Positions 36,022 to 46,173 of a stretch of 64,000 bases of DNA are shown piece after piece. Position 1 is the stretch's first letter; every line of letters begins with the position of its first letter. A program made the position numbers and the translations under genes. Under the pieces are notes generated by a model. The model was not told where the DNA came from. It searched no databases and saw only the letters and a list, made by a program, of their open reading frames with translations. Origin of the DNA: an uncultured SAR86 cluster bacterium (lineage in GTDB: Bacteria; Pseudomonadota; Gammaproteobacteria; Magnimaribacterales; TMED112); contig CACHFV010000001.1 in NCBI GenBank assembly GCA_902579195.1, positions 109,213 to 173,212 on the forward strand. Direction: 5' to 3'.

Positions 36022-36911
36022 TCAATCACGGCATGAATAATATGCAAAACTCATTTGACAGTGTGCTGAGCAGATTATCGCTTGAGCAAATTGATACCTA
36101 TCTGTACAGGTGGCAGGGCAATAATGCTGGCATAGTTAGAATTTATGGTGGCCAAGTAATTGCACAAGCCTACATAGCTGCATGCGCCACTGTTGACGAC
36201 GACGCAGCTCCTCACTCATTGCATGCCTACTTTATTAGGCCCGGTGTTTTGAAACAGCCTGTGCTTTATAGTGTTGACCCAATTAGAAATGGAAAAAGTT
36301 TCCACACAAGAACAGTAAAAGCCATACAAAATAATGAGGTTATCTTCACGATGACCATTTCATTCCAGAAAGCTGAAGAGGGCATTACTCACACTGTAGC
36401 TATGCCTGATGTGCCTCAACCAGAAGATTTAAAGACAGAACAAGAACTACGCAAAAACAATATCGATAATATTCCAAAAGAATTGCAAGAAATTTTTCTT
36501 AAGGAGCGCGAATATTCAATTAAGTGGGTTGAATGGAATGATGTTTTTGACCCAAAAAAAATGCCACCCATAAGAAATATTTGGTTAAAACCGAATGGAA
36601 AGATTCCCGGTGATAGTATTTTCCATCATGCCTTTTTATCATACGTTTCCGATTCAGGTTTATTGGTGCCTTGCATGTATCCGCATGGCCTTAGTTTTAT
36701 GTCACCTAACCTTAAGATGATTGCAAGCTTAGATCATGCAATGTGGTTCCAAAAAAGAGACTTTAAATGGGATGATTGGATATTGTATTCAACAGATAGC
36801 CCCCATACAGGAGGTTCAAGAGGACTTGGACGTGGTACTTTCTTCACACGAGATGGTGAAATAATTGCATCAACAATACAGGAAGGGTTATTTAGAGTTA
36901 AGGACTCTTAA
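36018..36911 (+). CDS. tesB: Acyl-CoA thioesterase II
   Basis: Double hot-dog TesB pattern: YGGQVIAQA, SLHAYFIRPG, DPIRNGKSFHTR, SLDHAMWF. It has an ATGA overlap with the SDR gene. Confidence 0.85.
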   Translation: MINHGMNNMQNSFDSVLSRLSLEQIDTYLYRWQGNNAGIVRIYGGQVIAQAYIAACATVDDDAAPHSLHAYFIRPGVLKQPVLYSVDPIRNGKSFHTRTVKAIQNNEVIFTMTISFQKAEEGITHTVAMPDVPQPEDLKTEQELRKNNIDNIPKELQEIFLKEREYSIKWVEWNDVFDPKKMPPIRNIWLKPNGKIPGDSIFHHAFLSYVSDSGLLVPCMYPHGLSFMSPNLKMIASLDHAMWFQKRDFKWDDWILYSTDSPHTGGSRGLGRGTFFTRDGEIIASTIQEGLFRVKDS

Positions 36912-37907
36912 TCTTTGTAAAAACAAACCAACTTTATTTGGATCGATGTCAGGTGTGATTCCAGACCCAACATTACAAACATAATTTTCACACTGAGAAT
37001 ATTTTTCATATATATTTTCAGCCAATGCTAAAACTTTCTCCTCATCCTGATTGAAATCGTTTGGATCTATATTGCCTTGTATTGTAATTGGCTTATTGAT
37101 GTATTCATCAATATTTTCATTTTGATCAAGGTTAAAACAATTTATTTCTGTAGCATTAAGGTGCAACATGATTTTCATACCTCTGGCATAGAGAATTAGG
37201 GGTATCTCAGGATCGATAGCTGCCCTTATATCATTAATAAATTTTAGTGAAAATTCTTCATAACCTTGATCTAAGATGCCACCCCATGAGTCAAAAACCT
37301 GCAAACAATCAGCACCTGCATCAACCTGCCCTTTTAAATATTTAATTGTTACATCAGTATAAGTTGCTAAGATCTCTTTTGTCTGTTCAGGATTTTTAGC
37401 AACAAAATCTCTAACTAAATTAAAATCTTTGGGCGACTCACCATAGAAGCTATAGATAAAAATTGTCCATGGACTACCTGCAAAACCAATAAGTGGTACA
37501 TCTATTTTGCTTTTAATTAGTTGTGTTGCCTCGAAGACATAATCAAGGTTCGCAAAGCCACCAACATCAAGTTTTGGATTGTCTCCATTTTTAATTGCTC
37601 CCTTAAAAACTGGCCCTCTTCCCTCAATAAAGCTTATCTCATTACCTAAAGCTTCTGGAATAGTAAGAATATCACTAAATGTGATAGCTGCATCAAGATG
37701 AAATCTCCTTAAGGGCTGTAGCGTTAGCTCACAGCAGACCTGCGGTGTCTTAATCATTTCAAAAAAATCACTAAAACGAGCTCTGACAGCTTTGTATTCG
37801 GGTAGATACCTCCCAGCTTGGCGCAAGAACCACACAGGAACATAGTGATCGGCATTCTGTTGCTGTAATGCTTTAAGGTAGTTACTATTTTTCAAAATTT
37901 TCTGCAA
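36888..37907 (-). CDS. hemE: Uroporphyrinogen decarboxylase
   Basis: PVWFLRQAGRYLPEY, DAAITFSDIL and QVFDSWGG. Confidence 0.95.
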   Translation of the reverse strand: MQKILKNSNYLKALQQQNADHYVPVWFLRQAGRYLPEYKAVRARFSDFFEMIKTPQVCCELTLQPLRRFHLDAAITFSDILTIPEALGNEISFIEGRGPVFKGAIKNGDNPKLDVGGFANLDYVFEATQLIKSKIDVPLIGFAGSPWTIFIYSFYGESPKDFNLVRDFVAKNPEQTKEILATYTDVTIKYLKGQVDAGADCLQVFDSWGGILDQGYEEFSLKFINDIRAAIDPEIPLILYARGMKIMLHLNATEINCFNLDQNENIDEYINKPITIQGNIDPNDFNQDEEKVLALAENIYEKYSQCENYVCNVGSGITPDIDPNKVGLFLQRLRVLNSK

Positions 37908-38958
37908 AGTCCCTGATGAAATTAGTTAGATTTTCAATATTTCCTTCTTCATGAAGCACTGGGTTGCCTATTCCCTGAAGCAGAATAAGTGCAATCTTTT
38001 CGGATTGATTTTTTTTATCTGATTTCATTCCTTCGACAATGGTTTCCACATCTAAATTTATATTACTGAAGTCATAGTTAAAGGAGCCAATGACTTTTTT
38101 GATTTTTTCTAAGTCCACAGCATCAAGCATTCCTTTATGTTCGGAATAAGTTGAGGCCATAAGCATTCCAATCACCACAGCATGGCCATGAAGGATTGGT
38201 TGCTTTCTATTTGCATATTCAATTCCATGAGCAAAAGTATGGCCAAAGTTTAGAAATTTTCTTTTGCCAGCCTCATTAAAATCTTCAGAAACGATACTTT
38301 CTTTGACAGCAATGGAATTATCAATAATTTTGCTTAACGTTTCAGGTTCTTTGGCTACAATGGCACTCTTTTCATTGAATATTTCATTAAGAGATTCTTC
38401 AGAAGAAATAATCGCATGTTTGATTACCTCAGCAAGCCCGTTTAGAAATTCCTGTTCATTAAGTGAACTTAGAAACTCTGTATTGATGAAAATTTGTTCT
38501 GGATTATAAAAGGAGCCAACAAAATTTTTAATTCCATCAAAATTAATTGCTGTTTTACCACCAACTGATGCATCAACTTGCCCCAACAGTGACGTTGGTA
38601 TTTGAATGAATCGCATACCCCGCATATAAGTAGCTGCAACAAAGCCAGCTAAATCTGTTGTTGCACCACCACCCAAGCCGATAAGGTAATCTTTTCTAGT
38701 AAAGCTATTTACCTTTAGTGCTTCTATAATTTTTTTATAGCTTTCTAAATTTTTTTGAGCTTCGGGGTGATCGAGTAATATTTTTATTGCCTTTGATTCA
38801 TCCAACCAGCTTGTCACAGCAGGATGTGCGCTCAATACATTAGCATCGCATATAAAAAAGCACTTTTTCCCTTCAAGATCGTTAAAAATATCAGAGGTTC
38901 TATCAAAGAATTTCAAGACCACCTTTTCTTTTGTATTTTTAAACTCAATTTCTCTCAT
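37885..38958 (-). CDS. aroB: 3-dehydroquinate synthase
   Basis: GLGGGATTDLAGFVAATYMRG, DASVGGKTAIN and FGHTFAHGIE..HGHAV. Confidence 0.9.
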   Translation of the reverse strand: MREIEFKNTKEKVVLKFFDRTSDIFNDLEGKKCFFICDANVLSAHPAVTSWLDESKAIKILLDHPEAQKNLESYKKIIEALKVNSFTRKDYLIGLGGGATTDLAGFVAATYMRGMRFIQIPTSLLGQVDASVGGKTAINFDGIKNFVGSFYNPEQIFINTEFLSSLNEQEFLNGLAEVIKHAIISSEESLNEIFNEKSAIVAKEPETLSKIIDNSIAVKESIVSEDFNEAGKRKFLNFGHTFAHGIEYANRKQPILHGHAVVIGMLMASTYSEHKGMLDAVDLEKIKKVIGSFNYDFSNINLDVETIVEGMKSDKKNQSEKIALILLQGIGNPVLHEEGNIENLTNFIRDFAENFEK

Positions 38959-39445
38959 AATTTATAATTTCATTTGCAAGTTCTGCTATGTCTTTGTTAT
39001 CAATTGTTATTTCTTGTTTGCTGCACTCTTTATACATTCTATCTCTATCTTCAAAGAGTTTTAAAAAGCCATCATAATCCATATTTTCCATCAAAGGTCG
39101 CTCGGATCTTCTTTTTGCTGCACGCTCGTAAATTTTTTGCATATCTCCATTCAAATAGAAAGTGCTTGAATTCTTTAATATTGCTCTATTTTCTGGAGTT
39201 TCAATTATTCCTCCACCGGTAGAAATTACCACATTATCAATTTCATTAATTTTGATAAGCATTTTTTCTTCTGCTGTCCTAAAATCTTCCTTACCAAATT
39301 TATTGAAAATATCTGAAACAGGCATGCCAAAATATCCCTCTATCTCTTTATCAAGATCATAAAATGTATAATTTAGTTTTTGAGACAAAATGAGGCCGAC
39401 GGAGGATTTTCCGCTACCCATCATGCCAATTAAAAAAATCTTCAT
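38945..39445 (-). CDS. aroK: Shikimate kinase
   Basis: P-loop IGMMGSGKSSVG, DLD, and STGGG. Confidence 0.9.
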   Translation of the reverse strand: MKIFLIGMMGSGKSSVGLILSQKLNYTFYDLDKEIEGYFGMPVSDIFNKFGKEDFRTAEEKMLIKINEIDNVVISTGGGIIETPENRAILKNSSTFYLNGDMQKIYERAAKRRSERPLMENMDYDGFLKLFEDRDRMYKECSKQEITIDNKDIAELANEIINYERN

Positions 39446-39484
39446 TTTCTCTAAAAAAAATTGAAAGTGAATAATAATATATAA

Positions 39485-41950
39485 ATGATGAGCATACTAA
39501 GAATAATCTTGCTTTTACTCCAGTCATCTTTTTTGATCATTGGGGCAATTTATTTCTTTTTATTGAAGGATTTGCCAAAAGTAGAAACAATTACTGAGAT
39601 AAAACTTACCAACCCAATGAGAATTTATGCGGCTGATGAACAATTAATTGGTCTGTTTGGGACTGAAAAAAGACAAATAGTTAAATATGCTGATATTCCT
39701 AAAAACCTAAAAAATGCAATTATTGCTGCTGAAGATGGCGGCTTTTATGACCATTCAGGAGTTGAAATTACAAGTTTGATGCGAGGCTTTTATGGTGAGA
39801 TTACCGGTAGATCACTTGGGGGCGGTGGCACAATCACAATGCAGGTTGTCAGAAACTATGTCTTATCTTTCGAAAGAACATACATCAGAAAATTAAGAGA
39901 AATTATTTTAGCTTGGCAGTTAGAAGATCATCTTACCAAACAAGAAATATTTGAGCTCTATTTTAATAAAGCATTTTTAGGCAATCGAAATTATGGTTTT
40001 GCAGCTGCCTATCAATATTATTTCGGGAAAGATTTTTCAGAAGCATCAATTGCAGAATCTGCACTTCTTGCTGGTGTGTTGCAAACACCATCACGGGTGA
40101 ATCCCGTTCGAAATCCACTAGCTTCCAAAAAAAGGAGAGATGTAATTCTTGGCAGAATGCTTAGAAATAAATTTATTACAGATGCCGAATACAATTCAGC
40201 ACGAGAAGTAATAGTTACTGGTGAAAGTTTCGGTCCAAAGATTAATATTGCAGCAGAATACCTTGCAGAAAAAATAAGAATCGAAGTTATCAATAGATTT
40301 GGCTTAAAAGCCTATGAAGATGGCATGAATATATACACAACTCTTGATTCTAGAATGCAACAAGATGCTGTTGAAGCAGTAAGATCAAACTTATATAAAT
40401 ACGATCGAAGGTATGGGTGGAAAAATGAAGAAGTTTATAAGGATTTCAACTTCTCAATCTTAAGAAGTGTTTTTTTAGAAGATGGTTTATTTATAATCCC
40501 TGCACGTGTTAACTATGAGGATGCTAAAGATGAAAATATCAATAAATTGCAGAATCTACTTTCCGCTAATGTAGAAATAGATGGATATGTTCCAAGCCTA
40601 GTTATTGGAATCTCAAATAACAGTGTCACGGCTTTGGATGCTAAATTAAATATCCATACAGTAAATTGGAACAAAGGTGACTACGAATGGGCTAGAACTT
40701 TAAATTCCGATGGAACCAGAACACCAAAACCAGAAGGTTTTCTAGACTTTATTGAATTAGGAAGCCTGGTATACATTAGCAACAATCAGCAAGATAACAT
40801 AATCACTCAACTTCCAAGTGTTGAAGGAGCTTTTGTTGCAATAGATGGCCTAACTGGTGACCTGAAAGCCTATGTTGGCGGTTTTGATTTTAGCAAATCA
40901 AAGTTTGATAGAGCCTCAAATTCGCGCTTATTGCCAGGATCAAGTATAAAACCTTTTATTTATGGGTGTGCGTTTGAAAATGAACTCAATCCATCTTCAA
41001 TTTTTATTGATGGTCCGATCATCTTTGAAGACAGCAAGCTTGAAGGAATATGGCGTCCAAGAAATAACTCTGGAGAATTCTATGGCCCAATAAGGCTAAG
41101 AGAAGCTCTAATTCAGTCGCTTAATCTTGTCTCCATTAAGCTTGTTCAATCTATTGGTTTAAAAGACACACTTAACTGTTTTAAAAAATACAATTTTGAC
41201 GAGCAAATGCTTACAAATGACTTGTCGATTGCTTTAGGAACAGGGACTATCAACCCTTTTAAAGCTGCACAGCAATTTTCAATGCTTGTAAATAATGGCC
41301 AGATTTCAGAAATCACATACATCGATCGTATTGAAGATATCAATGGCAATATTATTTATGACCCACAAAAAAAGTATTCAACCAAATATGAAACTTATAC
41401 CCAACTTAGCTTTCCTTGGATAAATAATGAGAAATTCGATTATCTGAATAAGCCTTTAATTGCAGTTGGTCTTGAAGAACCTATGCAAGCGATGGATCCA
41501 AGGGTAGCTTTTATGCTCTCAGATATATTAAAAGAGGCTCTTCAAAGAAATATTACGCGCAGACAGCTAGCCAGTGATATAACGAATATGGGAGGCAAAA
41601 CTGGCACTACAAATGACGCGACAAGCACATGGTTTTCAGGTTATGCATCAAATATAGTCGCTTCAGCTTGGGTTGGTAAAGACGATGGCACATCACTTGG
41701 TGATAATGAATTTGGAAGCACCAATGCTTTACCAATTTGGTTAGATTTTATGAATTCTTCGAAAGATAAACTTTCTAATTACTCGATCGATGTTCCTGAG
41801 GGAGTGGCGGCTATACGAGTGAATAAAGAAACTGGCCAAGTTTCTCAAACATTTAGTGATAGCTACTTTGAATTCTTTTTAGAAGAGAATGTTTCAGATC
41901 TTCTTAATTCAGAACGAAACAGAAGCAACTTGGAAGATATAATCGATTAG
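39485..41950 (+). CDS. mrcA: Penicillin-binding protein 1A (bifunctional glycosyltransferase/transpeptidase)
   Basis: GT51 motifs AAEDGGFYDHSG and TITMQV. Transpeptidase motifs SSIKP and KTGTTND. Confidence 0.9.
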   Translation: MMSILRIILLLLQSSFLIIGAIYFFLLKDLPKVETITEIKLTNPMRIYAADEQLIGLFGTEKRQIVKYADIPKNLKNAIIAAEDGGFYDHSGVEITSLMRGFYGEITGRSLGGGGTITMQVVRNYVLSFERTYIRKLREIILAWQLEDHLTKQEIFELYFNKAFLGNRNYGFAAAYQYYFGKDFSEASIAESALLAGVLQTPSRVNPVRNPLASKKRRDVILGRMLRNKFITDAEYNSAREVIVTGESFGPKINIAAEYLAEKIRIEVINRFGLKAYEDGMNIYTTLDSRMQQDAVEAVRSNLYKYDRRYGWKNEEVYKDFNFSILRSVFLEDGLFIIPARVNYEDAKDENINKLQNLLSANVEIDGYVPSLVIGISNNSVTALDAKLNIHTVNWNKGDYEWARTLNSDGTRTPKPEGFLDFIELGSLVYISNNQQDNIITQLPSVEGAFVAIDGLTGDLKAYVGGFDFSKSKFDRASNSRLLPGSSIKPFIYGCAFENELNPSSIFIDGPIIFEDSKLEGIWRPRNNSGEFYGPIRLREALIQSLNLVSIKLVQSIGLKDTLNCFKKYNFDEQMLTNDLSIALGTGTINPFKAAQQFSMLVNNGQISEITYIDRIEDINGNIIYDPQKKYSTKYETYTQLSFPWINNEKFDYLNKPLIAVGLEEPMQAMDPRVAFMLSDILKEALQRNITRRQLASDITNMGGKTGTTNDATSTWFSGYASNIVASAWVGKDDGTSLGDNEFGSTNALPIWLDFMNSSKDKLSNYSIDVPEGVAAIRVNKETGQVSQTFSDSYFEFFLEENVSDLLNSERNRSNLEDIID

Positions 41951-43308
41951 TGATAATTTAGATCAAGGTCCGGAAATACTTTCCTCAAATTTTGCTCAAA
42001 CCTTTCTTGGATTAAAAGCATACTTTCCTCGGTATCGCCCTCAAATCGAAGCACAAACTTAGGACTTGTATTGGATGCTCTTAAAAGACCCCAAGCTCCG
42101 TCAATAGTTACTCTTACACCATCGATAGTATTTATTTTTGCATCTGCGAAATCCATTTCACGCAAAAAAGTTTCAATCATTTGAAATTTTATTTCATCTT
42201 TAACATTAAGGTTAAGTTCCGGAGTTGAGTATGTCTTTGGAAAGTGGTCTTTAATATCAGATGCTGACTTACCACTGTCGGCAATTATTTTAGATAGCAT
42301 TGCTCCTGAAAAAATTGCATCGTCAAACCCATACCATTCATGATTGATAAATAAATGCCCTGACATTTCTCCACCCAGGATGGCATTAGTATTTTTTATA
42401 GTATTTTTAATATTAAAATGCCCAGTTTTCTCCATTATTGGCTCCCCACCATTTTGTTCTATCATTTTTCCTAATTCATCTGAACATTTCACATCAAAAA
42501 CCACTGGTCCTTTAGTTTGTTTTAGGTAATATTCAGCAAGCATCATAATAATATGGTCAGAAAGAACAAAATCGCCATTATTTGTAATCAAGCCAACTCT
42601 ATCGCCATCTCCATCGAACGCTAAGCCTAAATCGGCATTAGTTTCTGCAATTTTGGATTTTATTTGCACAAGGTTTTTTTCTTTGCTTGGGTCAGGGTGG
42701 TGATTTGGGAAGTTTCCATCAGGTTCTTGATTTATAGATATAGTTTCATGTCCTAGTGCTGTAAAAGTTTTATGGGCAAGAATGCCAGCTGCACCATTGC
42801 CGCTATCTAAAATAATCTTTAATTTTTTTGAAGTTGAGCTTTTGGACACAACTTCATGGATGTATTGGTCTTCAAAACTAATATTATCTATATCTGCTTC
42901 ATTAGTTGCAGATGATTCGACCTTTTTAAAATAATTGAGTATATCGAGCCCTGAAACTGGGCCTCCATCAAGCACTATTTTTAATCCATTGTCATCTTTT
43001 GGATTGTGGCTTCCTGTAATCATGACACCATGGCTAGTTGAGCCAACATTTGTTGCGTAATAAACCATAGGGGTAGGCACCAATCCAAGATTAAGAACTT
43101 TTATGCCTGCACTATTTATCCCAACGCAAAGATCAGTAAAAATTCTTTGGCATGAGAGTCTGCTATCGTGACCAATATATATTGCATCAGAGCCACTATC
43201 TCTTACTTTTTTGCCAAGAACAAACCCAATTTTTAAAAGGACATCAGGAGTTAAGTCTTGTTCAGCATTACCTCGGATATCATAAGCACGGAAGATATTT
43301 TTGTTCAT
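41947..43308 (-). CDS. Phosphomannomutase/phosphoglucomutase
   Basis: Active-site loop TGSHNPKDDNG, metal loop FDGDGDR, and GEMSGH. Confidence 0.9.
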   Translation of the reverse strand: MNKNIFRAYDIRGNAEQDLTPDVLLKIGFVLGKKVRDSGSDAIYIGHDSRLSCQRIFTDLCVGINSAGIKVLNLGLVPTPMVYYATNVGSTSHGVMITGSHNPKDDNGLKIVLDGGPVSGLDILNYFKKVESSATNEADIDNISFEDQYIHEVVSKSSTSKKLKIILDSGNGAAGILAHKTFTALGHETISINQEPDGNFPNHHPDPSKEKNLVQIKSKIAETNADLGLAFDGDGDRVGLITNNGDFVLSDHIIMMLAEYYLKQTKGPVVFDVKCSDELGKMIEQNGGEPIMEKTGHFNIKNTIKNTNAILGGEMSGHLFINHEWYGFDDAIFSGAMLSKIIADSGKSASDIKDHFPKTYSTPELNLNVKDEIKFQMIETFLREMDFADAKINTIDGVRVTIDGAWGLLRASNTSPKFVLRFEGDTEESMLLIQERFEQNLRKVFPDLDLNYH

Positions 43309-43350
43309 ATAAATTTTAAATAGATAGTTAAAACAATTATACTACGCACT

Positions 43351-44259
43351 ATGTCAAATATTTATTGGTTAAACGGAAAATATGTACAAAAAGAGGACGC
43401 TTACTTAAGCCCTCTGACACATACACTTCATTATGGTCTTGGTGCTTTTGAAGGCGTAAGGTCTTATGAAGCAAAAAATGGTGAAGTAAATATATTTAGA
43501 CTAAAAGAACATACTGAAAGACTTTTTGAATCCGCAAAAATCATTAATGTTCCAATTGAATTTTCATTTGATGAAGTAATGGCTGCACAGCTGGGCGTAA
43601 TATCAAAATCAGGTTTAAAAGATGCCTACATAAGACCACTAATTTATCTTAATGATGAGAAGCTTGGGCTTGATATTGTTGGTATGAAGTCGCACTTAAT
43701 GGTTTCATGTTGGGAGTGGCCATCAGTATTTGGAGCAGAAACATTGGAGAAAGGCATAGATGTGATGGTTTCTTCATTCACACGACAATTTCCAAATAGT
43801 TTGATGACAAAATCAAAAATTAGTGGAGGGTATGTAAATGGAATAATGGCTCATGATCAGGCAAAACGAAATGGCTATCACGAAGCGATTCTTTTAGATA
43901 CCACTGGTTTTGTTGCAGAAGGAAGTGGACAGAATATCTTCTTAATCAAAGATGGCATACTTTTCACCCCTGCGCTGACATGTTGTTTAAATGGCATAAC
44001 TCGAAGAACTGTAATAAAAATTGCTAAAGACCATAACATTGAGGTTATAGAAAGAAACATCACCAGAGATGAGCTTTACACAGCAGATGAGATCTTCTTT
44101 TGTGGGACAGCTGTAGAAGTAACACCAATAAGGTCTGTTGATAAAACTGAAGTTGGAAATGGTGCAAGAGGGGAAATCACAACCCTAATACAATCAAAAT
44201 ACCTTGATGCAGTAAGAGGCGAAGCAAAAGAATATTCTGACTGGCTGTCAAAAGTTTAA
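43351..44259 (+). CDS. ilvE: Branched-chain amino acid aminotransferase
   Basis: Fold-type IV PLP enzyme with YGLGAFEGVR and the EGSGQNIF and GITR motifs. Confidence 0.9.
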   Translation: MSNIYWLNGKYVQKEDAYLSPLTHTLHYGLGAFEGVRSYEAKNGEVNIFRLKEHTERLFESAKIINVPIEFSFDEVMAAQLGVISKSGLKDAYIRPLIYLNDEKLGLDIVGMKSHLMVSCWEWPSVFGAETLEKGIDVMVSSFTRQFPNSLMTKSKISGGYVNGIMAHDQAKRNGYHEAILLDTTGFVAEGSGQNIFLIKDGILFTPALTCCLNGITRRTVIKIAKDHNIEVIERNITRDELYTADEIFFCGTAVEVTPIRSVDKTEVGNGARGEITTLIQSKYLDAVRGEAKEYSDWLSKV

Positions 44260-45491
44260 TGTCAAAACTTAAATTGGCTTTTTTAGCCTATAGAAGTGAT
44301 CCATTCTCTGGTGGGCAAGGAATTTACCTAAAAAATGTAACCGAAGCTCTGCTTGAAAGAGGCCATCAGATTACCATTTACTCAGGAAGACCTCTGCCAG
44401 ATGTGTCAGATGACATTGATTTAGTTCCCATTGAAACGCCAGGGTATTTCGAATCATTTGATTTTAACCAAAGGCTTAAAAATTTCTTGAAACAACCTAA
44501 AACTTCAATGGAGATTCTAGACTTTTTTGAAACCTGTACTGGGACATTTACTGAGCCAATTTTTTTTGGCGACAGACTTTTAAAAAATGATCATTTTATT
44601 AAGCATCAGGACTCATTTGATATATTTCATGATAATCAATCGCTTAGCAATTATTCAAAGATAATTAACACTAGGCTTGTCACAACTTTGCATCATCCTA
44701 TTCATGTTGATAGAGATATAGATCTGGAAAACGAGCCTGGTTTTTTACGTAGATTCTCAATCAAGCGTTGGTATTCTTTTTTAAATTTTCAAAAAAAGAA
44801 TGTAAAGAATGTAAAAGCTATTGTATCGCCATCGGAATCATCAAAAAGAGACATTGTAAAATTTTTTGATTGTTCTGAAAGCAAAATTAAAGTCATATGG
44901 AATGGGGTTGATATAGCAACTTCGGAAAAAAACAATCAAAAAGAGTTTAAAAATCATTTTGTGACGATTGTAAGTGCTGATGTTCCGATGAAAAATTTGG
45001 AAAATATATTAAAGGCAATAGCAATTGCAAAAAAAGAGTTACCAAATATAAAGCTAACTGTTATTGGTGACATGCGTGAAAATAACAAAGACTTAATAAA
45101 TAATCTCAATATTGAATCAAACATTGATTACAAAGAAAAATTAAGCAGAGCAGAATTGTTAAGTTGCCTCAATGAAGCAGATATTGGAATTTCAGCATCT
45201 CTTTATGAGGGTTTTGGCTTTCCTCTTGTTGAGATGATATCAAGTGAGCTTCCAGTGCTTGTTGCAAACAAAGGTTCATTGCCAGAGCTTGCAGGAAATG
45301 CAGGAATTATTTTTGATGCCGAAAGAGCATCAAGTTTGGCAGAAAAAATAATAGAGCTTGCAAGCAATCATGATTTACGCAATGAGCTGAAGGATCAAAG
45401 CAAGCTTAGAAGAGGTGATTTTTTTGGTTGGGACGAGTATGCTATCAAGCTAGAAAGCCTTTACCAAGAAATAATCCATGGAAACTTTTAA
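44259..45491 (+). CDS. GT4-family (GT-B) glycosyltransferase
   Basis: N-terminal FSGGQGIY and C-terminal EGFGFPLVEM (E-x7-E). The start codon overlaps the ilvE stop by 1 nt. Confidence 0.85.
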   Translation: MSKLKLAFLAYRSDPFSGGQGIYLKNVTEALLERGHQITIYSGRPLPDVSDDIDLVPIETPGYFESFDFNQRLKNFLKQPKTSMEILDFFETCTGTFTEPIFFGDRLLKNDHFIKHQDSFDIFHDNQSLSNYSKIINTRLVTTLHHPIHVDRDIDLENEPGFLRRFSIKRWYSFLNFQKKNVKNVKAIVSPSESSKRDIVKFFDCSESKIKVIWNGVDIATSEKNNQKEFKNHFVTIVSADVPMKNLENILKAIAIAKKELPNIKLTVIGDMRENNKDLINNLNIESNIDYKEKLSRAELLSCLNEADIGISASLYEGFGFPLVEMISSELPVLVANKGSLPELAGNAGIIFDAERASSLAEKIIELASNHDLRNELKDQSKLRRGDFFGWDEYAIKLESLYQEIIHGNF

Positions 45492-46173
45492 TTTCAAGCA
45501 CATTAACCTAAAAAAAGTAAAAAACATGGTTGATATTGGTTGCGGGAATGGCCGGCACCTCAAATCTCTTGGGTTTAAATTAAAAGAAGCAAAAATTATA
45601 GGGATTGATCAATCTTTTGATGAAATAAGCTCTCTTCAAAGAGAATTTGATAACCACATTTGTAAAAATCAAAACAACTACATATTTTTAAATGAAGACG
45701 TCAGGCACATTGCATTGCCAAATAATTCCCAAGATCTAGTAATCTGCTCTGAGGTTTTAGAGCATGTCCCAAATTTTGAACAAGTTTTAAAAGAATGTCA
45801 CAGGATATTAAAACCAGGAGCAGTTTTGCTGATAAGTGTGCCAACTTATTTTCCTGAGAGCTTATGCTGGAAGTACTCAAAAAAATATATGCAAACACCT
45901 GGCGGCCATATCAGAATATTTAGGAATTCTTTTTTACTCGAAGAGTTCAGCAAGTTAAAACTAACACTATTTAAACATCACAGAGAGCACGCAATGCATT
46001 CGTTGTATTGGATTTTTAAAGCAAGAAATAATATGGAAGATAGTGACTTTTTGCGCTCCTTTCATGCGTTGTTGGTAAAGCAGATGTTTGGCCAAGCAAA
46101 ATTTTCATATACCTTAGAAAAAATCTTGAACCCTTTTTTTGGGAAATCAGAATGTTACTACCTTAGAAAATGA
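45478..46173 (+). CDS. Class I SAM-dependent methyltransferase
   Basis: Motif I VDIGCGNGRH and post-I/II DLVICSEVLEHV. It overlaps the glycosyltransferase gene by 14 nt. Confidence 0.8.
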   Translation: METFNFKHINLKKVKNMVDIGCGNGRHLKSLGFKLKEAKIIGIDQSFDEISSLQREFDNHICKNQNNYIFLNEDVRHIALPNNSQDLVICSEVLEHVPNFEQVLKECHRILKPGAVLLISVPTYFPESLCWKYSKKYMQTPGGHIRIFRNSFLLEEFSKLKLTLFKHHREHAMHSLYWIFKARNNMEDSDFLRSFHALLVKQMFGQAKFSYTLEKILNPFFGKSECYYLRK

